This document shows positions 11,601 through 24,831 of a DNA stretch of 64,000 nucleotides, in pieces (the stretch's first letter is position 1; every line of letters starts with the position of its first letter). A program made the translations under genes and the position numbers. The DNA comes from Lophium mytilinum (Eukaryota), in contig MU004197.1 in NCBI GenBank assembly GCA_010093605.1, positions 248,001-312,000 of the forward strand. Reading direction: 5' to 3'. The notes beneath the pieces were generated by a model. It saw nothing but the letters and a program-made list of their open reading frames with translations. It was not told where the DNA came from and did no database searches.

Positions 11601-14600
11601 ACGTATCAATCTTCGAATTCGGTGTTTGGAAATTGCGTTGATCGGCCACTTGACTTTCGGAGTCAGCAACGAATTCGTGCCATCGCTACTGGCAGACCAG
11701 TCGGATGTTTCCAACGCTGTTGAGTTCATGGTCTTGATCCGCGACAACTGTCCGACAGTCGAAGAATACGTCAATGCTCCGCTATTTCGGTTGATACAGG
11801 AGTCGACTGTCCTGTGTCTTCGGCTGGAAGATCAGATTCGGTGCCTGGTTCTTGCAGACAGTTCAGGCCTCAACCAAGTAATTCGGCAAATCTGGAGAGG
11901 CTACGGGTCTTCCAACAAATGGGTCGCTCTTCCTACTCCAGATCAGCACTGGCTTACCACAGAGACATCATCTGCGCTCACACAGACCTCCGTTACGGTA
12001 CATTTCAACATTTTAACCGGCCAGCTACTTGTTAAAGGGAAGCCGGTATCAAGACTCCCTTCGCACTACGAATGCCATAGTACTTTCCGGCGGCTCTTTG
12101 GCGAGAGTATGCTCGATGTTATCCCATCCACGCTAGAAGGAATGGAATTTGAGGTGCGCGAGCAGATTGAAGAACACCGAGTGCATTTCAGAATCGTCGA
12201 ATCCGAATTGATTATCCGTGCAATTAATGCGGAGAAGCAAGTGTTGGAGCTGGTGCCGACATGTGCGCTAGAAGGGGATTTTCCCACTGCGTTCATCGAA
12301 GATTTCCATCACTGGCGTAACGTAGACAACGGCGTAGTGGAATGGCGTCAACTTTCATCGCCATGGGTTCGAGAATCACAGCCTTGGAAGCTCATTCCTA
12401 ACGGCCAAATCGTGTACCGATTGAAAAAAGGAACCACAGGTCTCTATCTCATGGACCCCGAAAGCTCCACAGGTCGCAGCCTGTCCACCTTGCTCCAGCC
12501 TCTAGAAAATGAGCATCACCTCCATGCTATTCTAAATACGCATACCAAGGAGGTCACCGTCCACCTCCCCCGGCTGAATCTTGAATTTACACTGGGGCCC
12601 GACATGTCTGATTTGAAGTCCAAGCAATTTCGAGGACTAGTAGTAGACCGGAATCAGGCTATCGGAACATTCACCGGGCTAAGGTCGAAGCTTGTGCTCA
12701 CAACACCTGATTGTACAAATGAAGGTTCCCAGCGATGCGTTATTGTCCCTTATGGAGAGGTTCAATTTGCCCGCAGTGGTCATCATGTCGACGTCAGCGT
12801 CGTTGAGACCGGGACCGCACGTCAGATTGGGTACTACGCCTATGACCTGGATCTCAATCTGAGAAAGTTGACTGGAAAGACTACCTTGAAGGGCCATCTC
12901 TTCAAGACTTATCTCCACGCCGTGACTGCGCACTGTCTGGCAGACAAATTGACAGCCAGAACCGGCACCGAAGAGGCTCTTGATTGCATTCGAAGCGCTT
13001 CTATGAGATCTTATGACAATCCCTCGGAAGAAGAGATTGAGCTTCTGAAGTCTATAGCCGGTCTGACGCCACGTCGTGAATTCTATCCAATTCATCTGAA
13101 GGTAATGCAGACCGTGCACTGGGCTGACCTACCACCACTTTCACAGCACAATGAATTTGCTCCGGAGGTAGAGAAGATTCTTTGGCACTACGCAAAGCTT
13201 GGCTTCTTTCGTGGTGTTTTCAATGACGCGACTGTCGATGACATGACGGACGACACGAAGTTCCTTCGGGATAGAGCCACCCTCCGCGACGCGGTATATC
13301 GCCTTGATGGATTTGGGGCGGAGACTTACACCACCCGCCACGACGTCCCGTATGAGGCTCGTAATCGCGATATCACACGCGACGGCGAGCTCCGATCTTA
13401 TGCGGCTGCTCGTTTAGCGTGTGACTGGACCGTGGATTTGAATGATAGTTTCAACATACGGTCTTACTTGGAAGGCTTTGGGGAGGTCACCATCAACGGC
13501 GTCACTGGCCCTTCTCATCCTGAAGATGCCATGATTCAGCAATTGGGGTACGATGCTTTTTGGCTCAAAGAAGGGAAAGCAACTTTTCCTGGTCTATGGT
13601 GCGCGCTGCAATACCGCTTGTCTTCAGCAAATCAGTGGAGGGACAAGTATCGCATCAGCTTCTTCCTCGCGACACTCGCCTTCAGCGGTCGCAACCATCA
13701 GAGCCTTGTAAAAACGCTTCTAGCATTTGCCACTGTCCCTCAGCTCCGCAGTATGCGGACACCCGCTTACGACACGTTCAACCTAGAGAAGTATGGATAC
13801 TCACCCTTAATCAAGCAACTGTTCGCAATCGCGAGTAATCGCTGCAGAGGCTGGGATAGTTCCCCAGAATCACGGCTTCCTGACCTCCCCAACGAGTCCA
13901 GTGGGACCTCCAAGCATCGCCGCTACAAGCAATACGTCAAAGCGTTCAATTTGCATGCCCAGGAATTTGCCAATGCACTGATGCCGCAGTGGGCAGTCCC
14001 ATTCCCGGATGATCACTCACTTCTCCTGACCTCTATCAATGCCATCGATGCATATATCCATACCGCTAATGCGATCCTGGATGTCCTGGTAGTATTTCGT
14101 GAATGCGCCCAGAACAAAGAGCTGCTGAACTCTGTCGAAGCGATGCAGTCCACTTTGGACAGTCTAAACCGATCATCATCTGTACCAGACTCGTGTAAAC
14201 CATCCACTCGGGCGCCTAAGAAGCGACGAGGATATAGCTCCATCCGTTATGTCGATGTGTTCCAGGTAATAGCACCAACGTTGGACGATCCGCAGAATAC
14301 CGGAGTCTTCACTCAATTTCTGGAGGCTAAGGTCCACACGAAGAATCGGGACCAAAAGCGCCGTATGGAGGCGCTACTAGCCCGCCTCCGCGCAAAGCCC
14401 AAGGACGGATTCGAGAAAGAGTACGCAGAAGACTTGCAGCGAAGCTATGCGTCTCTCGAAACTTCGGACGCCCTCCCAGAACTGTCTGGTCCTAAGGAAG
14501 ATTTGGAGGTGGCAATCCATTATCATCTAAAGTCGTGCGACCAGCGCGTTGAGTACATCTACCATGTCATTTGCGAGGTAATGCGAGCAGGGCACACCCA

Positions 14601-17600
14601 GATGATGGCCTCCGATGTTTGGACCGACCTCGCGCCACGACTTTCGCCTTTGGACTTGCTACAACATTTGTCATACCCAAAGCGGGAGACCTTGGATAAT
14701 AGATGGAAACTGGTTTTGATCCAGTATGGCGTCGCCCTTACCGAGCTCCAACGTGCGCAGCGACTTGTCAAAGTGTTTAAAGGCTACGACGAGAACCCGG
14801 TAGGCCTTGTGAAAGAGCTAGTCAATCCAGGCCATGAGAACTGGAATCCGAACACGCGTCCAGACTGGCTACTTCTGGAACTTGAGGGCAATCTTCTGAT
14901 ACGTCCGGTGCAAGCTCGGATCGCGATGGAAATGATCGAACCATCATCCAATATGAACTCAATCCTGCAACTCAACATGGGCGAAGGAAAGTCTTCTGTG
15001 ATCGTACCAATCGTTGCGGCGTTTCTCGCCGACACAACAAAACTGGCGCGAGTGGTTGCGCTGAAGCCACTCGCTCCCCAGATGCTAAATACGCTGATCT
15101 CTAAGTGCAGTGGTCTGCTTGGTCGACCTATCTACTATATGCCTTTCTCTCGATCACTTCGGGTGTCAGCCGAGCAGGCCATAGACATTCGCGGGCTCTA
15201 CAAAGAATGTATGCGCTCAGGCGGAATTCTACTCTCACAGCCGGAGCACCTTTTGTCGTTTGAGCTGATGGGTTACGAGAGCATCCTCTCCGACCGGTTT
15301 CTGGTGGGACGTGAGATGATCGAGACTCAGCACTGGCTACAACAACACGCGCGGGACGTTCTTGACGAAAGCGACGAGATTCTTAGTGTTATCTTTGAGC
15401 TTATATACACGATGGGTACGCAGCGTCACATTGAGTTCAGCTCCGATCGATGGACTCTGATTCAGAGTACTTTGACACGACTCTCTGAGCTTGCGGGCGA
15501 GACCCTTGCGAAGTTCCCGGAAGGCGTCGAGGTGGAATCAAAGAACGGACCCGGGAGCTTCCCTCACATTCGCATCCTCGACTCAGAAGCTGGGGAATAT
15601 CTCATCATGAATCTCGCTCGCGACATCTGCACCAACGGGCTGCCGACGGGTCTATTGAAAGTCCGGAATCTGTCAGAACAAACCCGCGATAATCTCATCA
15701 AACTCATTACAGATCCGAGGGTGCTGAAACAAGACATTGCATCGTTGCTCAAAATGAAAGAGGACAGCAAGTTGGACCAGTTGATGTGGAATACAATTCT
15801 TGTTCTTCGGGGGATGATAGCGTGTGGAGCCCTGAGCTTTGCTTTTAAGGAGAAGCGGTGGCGCGTTCAGTACGGTCTTGACCAGAGTCGCTCCCAGCTT
15901 GCTGTTCCATTCCGAGCAAAGGATATGCCGTCTGCCCGAGCGGAGTATAGCCACCCAGACACGACCATTATATTGACCTGTCTTTCCTACTACTACAAAG
16001 GGCTCTCGAACGAGGAGCTCCTGTACGCCTTCGACGCGCTTTTCCGCTGCGACAATGAACAAGAAGAGTACGAAGCTTGGATCCGTAACGTGGGACTCGA
16101 AAGCATACCTGTAGCGTTCCGGCAGGTCAAAGGGATCAACCTCCAGGACGTGGAAATGTGCAATATCGAACTCTTTCCACGTCTCCGTTATGCGAAAGGA
16201 GTGATCGACTTCTATCTCTCGCATCTGGTCTTCCCGAAAGAAATGCGTGAGTTCCCTCAGAAGCTCTCTTCCTCCGGCTGGGACATCGCGCAGATGAGAA
16301 AGCACGCCACTACTGGTTTTAGTGGAACAAATGACAGCAGATATATTCTTCCGTTGTCAATCGAGCAGTCCGATCTCGCCGAGCAGTTGCACACCAACGC
16401 TATGGTCATGTACTACCTTCTGGGAGATGAAAACAGCTACCAGCGGATTCAAGCACCACCGGGCACGGCTGTCAACGCTGCAGTACTCCTGTCTAATGTC
16501 GTCGAAGCTAAACCACCAGTACGTGTTATCCTCGATGTTGGTGCCCAAGTTCTTGATCTTGGGAACGAACAAGTCGCGCACGAATGGCTAGAGCGCACGA
16601 GCGGTCAGCCGGATGCGCCGCAAGCCGTGGTATTCTTCAACGATCAGGACGTTCTGTGTGTGCTTGATCGGAACAAGACGCTGGAACCTCTCAACGTTTC
16701 TCCGTACCTACGACAAATGGACCGTTGCCTGGTGTATCTTGATCAAGCACATACGCGCGGCACCGACCTGAAGCTTCCCGACTACTACCGCGCTGCCGTT
16801 ACACTAGGCCCGCTGCTGACAAAGGACCGGTTTGTGCAAGCATGTATGCGCATGCGCAACTTGGGCCATGGGCAGTCTGTCGTTGTCTTCGCGTCGAAAG
16901 AGATTGAGAAGCAGATACAAAGCTGTTCTAGTATACTTGTATGGGACGAGATTGGAATGGAAAGCGTGTTAGAGTGGTGCATTCAGAACACATGCACGCA
17001 GGCACGAAAAGAGCTGGCGTTGTGGGCGCAACAAGGACTACGATACCAGAAGCAGCAATGTGCCTTGGCTAAGGGCGGACGGGACCCGAAGGGTAATCTC
17101 TCTGTGCAAGTTGCGAAAACGCTCCTTGAGCCTGAGGCACAGAGTCTGGAAGAGCGGTACGGATTGGACTCGTCCAGATCACTCCACTGCATCGTCACGG
17201 ATTCCGAGAAAGAGATGATGACGGATAGGGCACACCAAGTCAATGCGATCATCCAGAAGTTGCAGAAGTATGGCATTACTTCACTAGCTGGCGCAACTCT
17301 ACAAGAAGAGCAGGAACGCGAGCTTTCGCCGGAGAACGAGAGAGAGCAGGAAATAGAGCGACCCAGGAACACGCATCCATGCCACCACGTTGTCGATCCC
17401 ATCATCGGGCGCTTTGTGCAAACTGGCAACCTATCACCCTTAGGACAAGGACGGGCGTATCGATCTGCCTTCGCCAGCTTGCGCTACACCAGCGCTGGAG
17501 AAGGAAAGCACTCCGGGATCGAAGAATGGCCCAAGCACGAACTCCTAGTCTCCGTCGACTTTGTGCAGACAGTCCGGATCCCAGATTACCAGTTCGCAGA

Positions 17601-18150
17601 CTTCTATATCCGCCCAGTGAACTGGATCCTGAGTAGCACCGACGTGCACGGAGAGGGCACATACCTAATCATCAGCCCGGAGGAAGCCAACGAGCTGCTG
17701 CCAATGATCATGTACTGGAAGCGGGTGAAGCTACACACGTACTCTGCGCGCACCCGCCTCTCCATGCGCACGTTCGAGGACCTCACCTTTTGCTCCATGC
17801 CGGCATTCTCGCCTCCGCGTTTCCCGTCGCAATCTATGCCTGTCCCGACTCTCATCAATCTTTTCGCGGGCCAGCTGTACTTCCGCGACTGGAGTGAGTA
17901 CGAGCGCGTGCGTCTGTTCTTGGGCATCTGCTACGACACGCAATATGCGAGGAGTGATGGGTTCGTGATGCCGCGGGATAGAAGCTTGGTTGCGCAAGAG
18001 CTGGAGGACTGTCGCTTTACCGTCTCGCCCGTCGGGTTCTTGAGGGCGCTTGTTAGCATTAGGCGGAAGGGACAAGGCTTCGAGCGGTCGCATATGGGTG
18101 CCCTGCTCCGTGGAGAGGCGGTGGATTTGGACGAGTTGATGGAGGGGTAG
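8655..18150 (+). CDS. Giant DUF6606/DUF3638/DUF3645-type protein with SF2-helicase-like P-loop region (paralog 1)
   Basis: Exon 1 8655-8955 (YVIDHVFLPPK), GT..AG intron 8956-9007, exon 2 to TAG 18150. Motifs QLNMGEGKSSVIVP, DVLDESDE, KRWRVQYGLD..LAVPFRAKDMPSARAEYSHPD, GFSGTND, HTRGTDLKLP, QACMRMR and EEQERE. Confidence 0.92.
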
Positions 18151-18424
18151 GTGGTAGGCGGGGTTCTATAGCGCACCCGGTGACGGTGCAGTCATTGTGT
18201 TGACTTGATGGAACAAGTATGGTGGCGTGAATGGTTGTGGTAGCTTAAAGGGATAGATGCCCATGAATCCATTGATTCTCTCCCAGCATAGGTTCACCGT
18301 GACTCGTGAGGTTGTTTGTTCTTGAAAAGGGTAAACTCTTCAAAGATGACGTTCTTTCTACGATACTAAGCCATATGTCTGGGCACACAGATCCATCACT
18401 ACTCAGCTTCAGATTGGCAAATAT

Positions 18425-19450
18425 GACACCACTGTAGGGGGTAGCCTGACTGCTAGGGAGCTACGCAGTCAAGAGGCAGTCTAATCTGCGCTGCTAGAAA
18501 ATATGATATTATCTTACGTCTTACATATCTATAATACACAGATCTATCCCTACTTAGTTCTTGTTTTTACTTACTTAACACCGCTGTAGGGGGTGGCCTG
18601 GTTGCTTAGTAGCTATCTAGTTAAGAGGGAGTCTAATTTACACTGCTTAAAACTTGACTTCGCATTCAGATCTTCGAGATTCTTAGGGGGTCCTCCAAGC
18701 AGTGGCGAACTAGTAGCCTTTAACCTCTATCTTACTACCAAGTAATAATGTATTAGTCTAGGCACCGAATCTACCACCGCTTAGCTTTTATGCTGCTCAC
18801 TCGACACCACTGTACGGGGTGGCCTAACTGTTAAGCTGCTACGTAGTTAAAAGGGAGTCTAATCTGCACTGCTTGAAATTCAACACTACCTATAGGGCCT
18901 TGTATACACAAAGATGCGTATTAGACTGCATGGAGCGCTGTTCTGAAAGGCCGATGCTACCGTCTGACTGCCCTCAAAAGCCGCAAAATCACAAAGATAC
19001 GATGTCAAAAGCCATGCAGTTTATTTTACCCTACAGCGAAAAAGATCCTCCTGAAACCGTTAAAATCCTATAACACACAGATCTACTACGCTTGGATCCA
19101 ATCTTGCTCTCTGGACACCACTGAGAGGAGTAGCCCAGCTAGTCACTAGCCAATGAGCCAAAGAATAGTCCGATCTGCATTGCTCGAAACTTGACATCGC
19201 ACCCAGACTTTCGAAACGTATGGGGGTACTCCAAGCAGTGGTAAACGGGTGTGCCTGAGATCTTTGAAATCCGGTAACACGCGGATCCGTGACTGATATA
19301 GCTTTAATATTGCTCACTTGATACCACTGTAGGGGGTGGCCTGGCTGCCAAGCAGCTAATTAGTCAAGAGGTGGTTCAATGTACACTGCTTGAAACTCAG
19401 CATCACCTTCAGACCTTCGAAATCCTTCGGGGGTCCCCTACACAGTGGCA
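18425..19450. repeat. Array of ~125-bp degenerate repeats with inverted ends (CCACTG...CAGTGG), family A
   Basis: Unit starts at 18429, 18581, 18807, 19118 and 19324 (consensus near cttgacaccactgtagggggtggcct..gct..agtcaagag..gtctaat.t.cactgct.gaaa). Matching CAGTGG ends at 18705, 19241 and 19448. Confidence 0.85.
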
Positions 19451-19467
19451 ACCCAATGTGCCCATCC

Positions 19468-20369
19468 TTAGCGACGTTTCACCAAATTTAACCCCCGTTC
19501 CCCATTTACCAACTTATCCACTAACCACGCCGGAAGCCCCCAGGTTATGAACCGCACAAGTCCAGCCAACGCTCCCTGCCAAATAGGCCCCCTAGTACCA
19601 CCTAGAATGTCTTTAACCAGCTTTTCAGCCAGCACTTGGACTTTCATGGCCTTTCTCTGGTGATCCATCCGCTCCTTGTAAGCCTCATCCTCAACACCGC
19701 AGTAGTACGAGCTTTCGGGCAGCTTCATCCGCCCCCCCGGCTTGCCAAACATAGGCGTATCAGCGGACCCGCACATGACCGTCACAACGCGCACGCCCAA
19801 CGGCTCCAGCTCAAGGCGCAAAATCTCCGACATGCGCGCTTCAGCTGCTTTAGAGCTGGCGAAGACGCCTAAGCGCCAGATCAGCCTTCCATTAATCAAT
19901 CCGAGGTAGACTTCGCCGACTTACCCGTCCACACCATCGACAACACCGCATCAATAGAACTCTGATTCGCAACAATCCCCTTCGCCTCAATAAGCAGCGG
20001 CGCAAACGCCTGCACCACAGTAAGCGGCCCCCAGACATTAACGTCGTACAGCGCCTTCGCCTCGGCGACGTCGACGTCCAGCAGCGGGCTGAGCACCTCG
20101 ACGCCGGCGTTGTTGATGAGGACGTCGAGCCGGCCGCCCGTGCGTTTCGCGACCGTGTCTCTGCATTTTGCGATGGTTTCGGGGAGCGTGACGTCTAGCT
20201 CGAGGATCTCGATGTTGGGGAGCTGCGAGAGGTCTGCGGCGGTGGAGACGTCGCGCGCGGTTGCGAAGACGTGGAAGTTGCGGTCGTGGAAGTTTTTGGC
20301 GAGGGCCCAGCCGATGCCGCCGGTGCTGCAGCCGGTGATGAGGACGGTTTTCTTTTGGGTGGTGGACAT
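19468..20369 (-). CDS. Short-chain dehydrogenase/reductase (Ayr1-like classical SDR)
   Basis: TVLITGCSTGGIG, LDVLINNAG, DVNVWG, and FASSK at the YxxxK position. One intron 19924-19869 (GTAAGT..TAG) joins the two track ORFs in frame. Confidence 0.9.
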
Positions 20370-21370
20370 GGTTGTGGTGGTAGTGGAGGCGGGGATGGGT
20401 GAGTAGGTGTTGTTTTATAGTTGTGGGTAGTAGGTTTGTTTGCCTAATGGGGTGAGAAATGCGTACGACGACGTTTTAGGAATTAGATTGGCATATAGTG
20501 GTTTTCAGCGAATCGTTGGCAGCTAGTTTCTAATTATAGGTACGTAGTGATACGAACATAGTAAAAGAGGGGGATCGATCGCCGACAATAAGCATATCTA
20601 GCGGCGGCGCTCCTGCATTAGCGGCGGCGCGCGAGTGTTGGCGGCTTCGTAAGGCGGATGCCTGGGTGGTATGGATTACGGACATGGCGGACTTGACGGA
20701 CATGCCGGAGATGTACCTAAGTAGACCTCCAAGATATGCGGCACTGTTCACGATATGTTGTCCTGGACTTGTTGTTCCTTCTCATTATTCGACATGCTTA
20801 CTTCTGTCGATGATAGCCCATACCCCCGGCTTGCAACTTCTTGAAATCTCCGGTCCGAAGATCGACTGCTTCTACGGGATGTCTCGTTGCATTAGCATCA
20901 GGTGTGAGCATCTTGGGACAGCTATGAGTAGTGTAGATATATAGAGGGTATCAATGGAGCCAGGCCGATTTCATTACTCACGAGCTTCTTCTCTCCATAC
21001 ATACTAGTTGCCTCGTTGCTCATGACGTATATTTTGATAAGGCGGTCTTTATACAGCTGCGACGGTTGGAATGGGGTATAGCTTTCGATGCCATGGGTGT
21101 CGAGCCTTACTTCAGCGTGGACGAGCGCGAAGAGGCTGAAGACGCGGACGGTATTCTGTGAAATAGGGATCTCTTCAATTCTAGGCCACGTTCGATTTCA
21201 AAGTTTGGACGAGACTTCGGATTTGGGCATTGATAGTAGGTAAGCTGGAGTTCAATTAGACCTAAGGAAGGCCGCACATACTTGCTACAGTGATCTGTTC
21301 TATGTAGAAGTCTGCACCGCAAGCAAGCAGAACGCGCCCAAGTTCAATGGACCACTCTCCAGGAACACAG

Positions 21371-22366
21371 CTAGTGAAAGGTCAGAGGATGATCGAAAGA
21401 CCCGTCCGTGGATGCTACTACCTTCGCCAAATCCCTGCCGTCGTTCACTTCCCTCAAGGCAATCCTCATCTCACTACCATACGCTGTTTGCTGCCTTTGT
21501 CCTCGCCAGTCCCTCGTGGGTCGCGGGTGGTCGCTCGGCCTCGCATTCGCCATGAATCCCTTGAGATGCATACTACTCGCGAATTGCCACCAGTCTCCAT
21601 ATTCCGGTTGGTAGGAAAGCCCAACAACTGCATCCACCTGGCTTTCAGGTAATCTACCGACCAACTCGTAAGCGAAGCCCATGATACGCCTAGAACTCAT
21701 CCCAGGGCAGAACACCCAAACTATTGGCATGAGTCTCTCAAGATGGGCCTGCATGTGAAGAACTGCCGCCTTCCAGAAGGACTGCTGGAACATCGTGTCG
21801 CGCTCCTCGAGGTACTTAAGCAATGCCGGAGGTACCGTGAGGTCGATCGCCACACGCTTAATAGTATCGGGGATATTCTGGAAGGTGTTGCTCCAATCCT
21901 GAACAATCCTCAATGCGCCTGTATCCCATGTACTGACCGAGGTTACGAGCATTTTGCGGACCAGTGACTCGACAGTCAACCGTGGGAGTTGATCTTCCAA
22001 CGTCGCCAAGGTCCACCTTGGCTCCTCCGAGCTGAAGAGCTGTACCTGGATCTCCTCGAAACTTGACCATTCTCTCCTCGTTGATTCTGCAAGATTCCGG
22101 TAGTAGCGCTGGACCCTGTTCAGATGGCGGACCGCAGCTGGGGAGGAGATTCTCAGGATGGATTTGGGGCCTGGGAGCCAGCCACGATGGATCTGCTCCA
22201 CATCGGCTTGCAGGATCTTGCAAAGACCATTGAGCGGGGTCGAAAGGCTGAAGGGATGTGGGCCGTTTGAGCTGGCCTGGGCTCCACCGACATTGATTGT
22301 GATGGTCTCGGCGACAATCTGCTGTCGGATCTCGGCGGGAAGGGTGGTGAGGGTTGGTGGAGGCAT
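21371..22366 (-). CDS. Hypothetical protein with F-box-like N-terminus
   Basis: About 330-codon ORF from ATG 22366: MPPPTLTTLPAEIRQQIVAETI (LPxEIRxxI motif). Confidence 0.65.
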   Translation of the reverse strand: MPPPTLTTLPAEIRQQIVAETITINVGGAQASSNGPHPFSLSTPLNGLCKILQADVEQIHRGWLPGPKSILRISSPAAVRHLNRVQRYYRNLAESTRREWSSFEEIQVQLFSSEEPRWTLATLEDQLPRLTVESLVRKMLVTSVSTWDTGALRIVQDWSNTFQNIPDTIKRVAIDLTVPPALLKYLEERDTMFQQSFWKAAVLHMQAHLERLMPIVWVFCPGMSSRRIMGFAYELVGRLPESQVDAVVGLSYQPEYGDWWQFASSMHLKGFMANARPSDHPRPTRDWRGQRQQTAYGSEMRIALREVNDGRDLAKVVASTDGSFDHPLTFH

Positions 22367-22765
22367 CTGGATGTGGGTGCCACGGTCGCTTGGTGGAGTG
22401 GGTCTGGGTTGTTGTGGTCCGATCAAGGGTTGTTGATGGTCGCGGAGGTGATGCGGCCAAGAGGTTGGCCTTTTTAGGACACGGGCATGAGTGAGAACGA
22501 ATAGTGAAGGGACAACCTCGCTTACAGCGCCAAGGGAAACGGATCTACCGCTACGACTATGAGGACGCTGGAAAGCAATGTGTCTCCGGGCATCCCAAAC
22601 TGGCGATAGAGTTCCAGGTCTGGTCGAATAGGATGCCGTTCGAATGCCCGGATATTACGGACCTTAAGTTGCACGGAACTCACCTCGATGGACTTCCATA
22701 ATTCTCTATGTCCTTCCGCGGCGGGCCCGTCTAGGTCAGCCTGTATCTTCTCACTGATCGACGCC

Positions 22766-23141
22766 CTTACTAATCCTTGGCGCGCTGATGACTTTCTACC
22801 TATATAAAGTCCCCTCGTCCACGCGACCTTTCTTTCTCCAGGCTTCTCACGGTGTTTTACAGCCATGATCATGAAGTGCCGCTACCAAGGGAAAGCCTCC
22901 ACGCCACCTGGATGACACCGGACGGGCGGGGGCCCCTTGGGGCGCGCTCGCAACTTGATCGTATCTACATGGTATTCTTTGCGCGAGCGTTGGAGCAACT
23001 CCTCTGAAAGTTATGGCTGTAAGATTTCCTTGAGCAGGTCACCAAGCACTGAAAGGTATTGGTGGATCCGAGACCGTTTTTGCACCATGGCAAGGTGGAG
23101 GGCATTGGTTCTCTGGCCTTGTGCCGGAAGCTGAAGTCTTC
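22766..23141 (+). ncRNA. Putative structured ncRNA unit U1 (type 1, one module)
   Basis: TATATAAA 22801-22808 followed by a pyrimidine leader (ttctttctccaggcttctc) and a ccaaggg..cccttgg stem. Ends in gggcattggttctctggc-cttgt-gccggaagctgaagtcttc (23100-23141). Homologous to 24276-24831 (-). No shared ORF. Confidence 0.5.
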
Positions 23142-23386
23142 TTAATCTCCGCTCTTGGAGAGAGTGTTGTATTGGGCTGTGGTTCTTAAGGGTGGTGTTA
23201 AGGTGGTGGAGATCATCTGCAGTATCAAGGCACGGTAATCAGCGAAGCCCCCAGGCGAAGAGAGGCTGGAGTTTACGCGTATAGATGGTAATAGCATACA
23301 GACGTCATAGTGAAGGTTATCATTAGTCTTCAAAGCTGCACAATGCCAAAGCACCAAGCTTGAGGGAACATCGCAAATGGAAAAAA

Positions 23387-23912
23387 GAGACTTCAGTCTC
23401 CGGCACAAGGCCGAAAGACCAATGCCCCCGGGTCGGTCCAAGTGTCGCGTTTGGGTGAGAGCAATGTTGCAAGGGGAGAGAGTGGTCAGCCGGATGTAAC
23501 GACCTCACCGCTGGAGCTGCTGCTCTGAAAAGCAACAGCCACCACTCTTCTTAAGGAGGTTAAAATAAAAGTAAGAGACAAGCCTGTGTTAGCAGTCCTC
23601 CACCTCTTGAGACCGCTCTTGCCGCCATGGCTCTTGAATACGTAGGGGTGCTCCTAGCCTCTCGCACTCTGGTGTTGACGGAGAAAGAATCGTAGGTCCT
23701 CCTAGTGAAACCCCATGGCCACAACTGTCCGGGATCGACAGCTCTTGGGGGAGCGTGACCTTCCCTAGGCCAAGGGAGTGGCCACCTACCGTTGGAATCG
23801 AAGGAGGGAGGTGCGGACGAAGAAAGGAAATCCAACGCCAAAAGTAGGGGCGTTTAAATACGGCAAGAGGGAGGCGATGGCTTGACGACTTGACGAAGCC
23901 CGTGACTCTTCC
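23387..23912 (-). ncRNA. Putative structured ncRNA unit U3 (type 2)
   Basis: TATTTAAA at 23860-23853. Colinear with 37211-37780 (+), with the shared 3' motif at 23427-23389. Confidence 0.5.
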
Positions 23913-24275
23913 ATATTATCAGGTGATTCCCACACCTATGGCATGTCGCTGTTAGTCACTGTCACGAGCGAGGTCAGGTCTGAATCAATACCACGGGTTA
24001 GCTTGTTAACGTGATCACGTAAACGCATCTTAATTCTGTTCTTGTTAACCGAATGTAATATCAACCTCTAAATAAGGGGATTAGAACTTGTTATTCGTGA
24101 AGGTACTAAGGAGTTTACGGGAGTCTTGCATAGCTAAGGCACTACGGAATGATGGTCGGCAGTGAAATGGAATTACTATAACAATTGAAATCATTACGAA
24201 TTATAGTGAAGCTCAGTATCAACTTTGCCAGAATCCAAAAACAAAACTCGAGTTCAAACTTGCCAGTTCGAAAAG

Positions 24276-24831
24276 GAAGACTTCAGTTTCCAGCACAAGG
24301 CCAGATAACCAATGCCCTCCGCCTTGCCACGTTGCAAAACCGTTTCACCCCAAGGAAATGATACAACAAACGAGATCATGATGCTCAAACGATCGCGACT
24401 AAGACTCCATACCATTCAGATATCATCAAAGCGCTCACGCACCCCAAGGGCCCCCGTCTCCCGGTCGAGCAAAGATGACTGGGATGCCCTTGGTGATAGG
24501 ACACTCCCTCAAGGATGTTGTATAACCCGCATGAGAAGCAAACTTTCGATAATTGGCGACCTGCCCAAGGAACTAATACAATAAAAGAGATCATCATGCT
24601 CAAACGCTCGCGACTAAGACTACATACCATGTAGGTATCATATCAAAGCACTCACGCACCCAAGGGCCCCCGTCTCCCGGTTGAGCAAAGGTGGCTGAGA
24701 CGCCCTTGGTGAAAGAACACTCCCTCAAGGATGTGGTAAAACACGCATGAGAAGCCTGGAGAAAGAAAAGTCGGGTGGGCGAAGGGGGTTTATATAGGTA
24801 GAAATTCCTGAGCTTGCCAAGGATTAGTAAG
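24276..24831 (-). ncRNA. Putative structured ncRNA unit U2 (type 1, module duplicated in tandem)
   Basis: TATATAAA at 24796-24789 with the same upstream and leader sequence as U1. Two ~215-bp tandem modules (24349-24540 and 24565-24755), then the shared 3' motif at 24320-24276. Confidence 0.5.

Noticed and set aside
23100..23141. Helitron 3' end (hairpin followed by CTRR)
   Set aside because: CTGA abuts the hairpin and conservation continues past it (AGTC), so it is not a terminus followed by a target T. No RepHel ORF is present.
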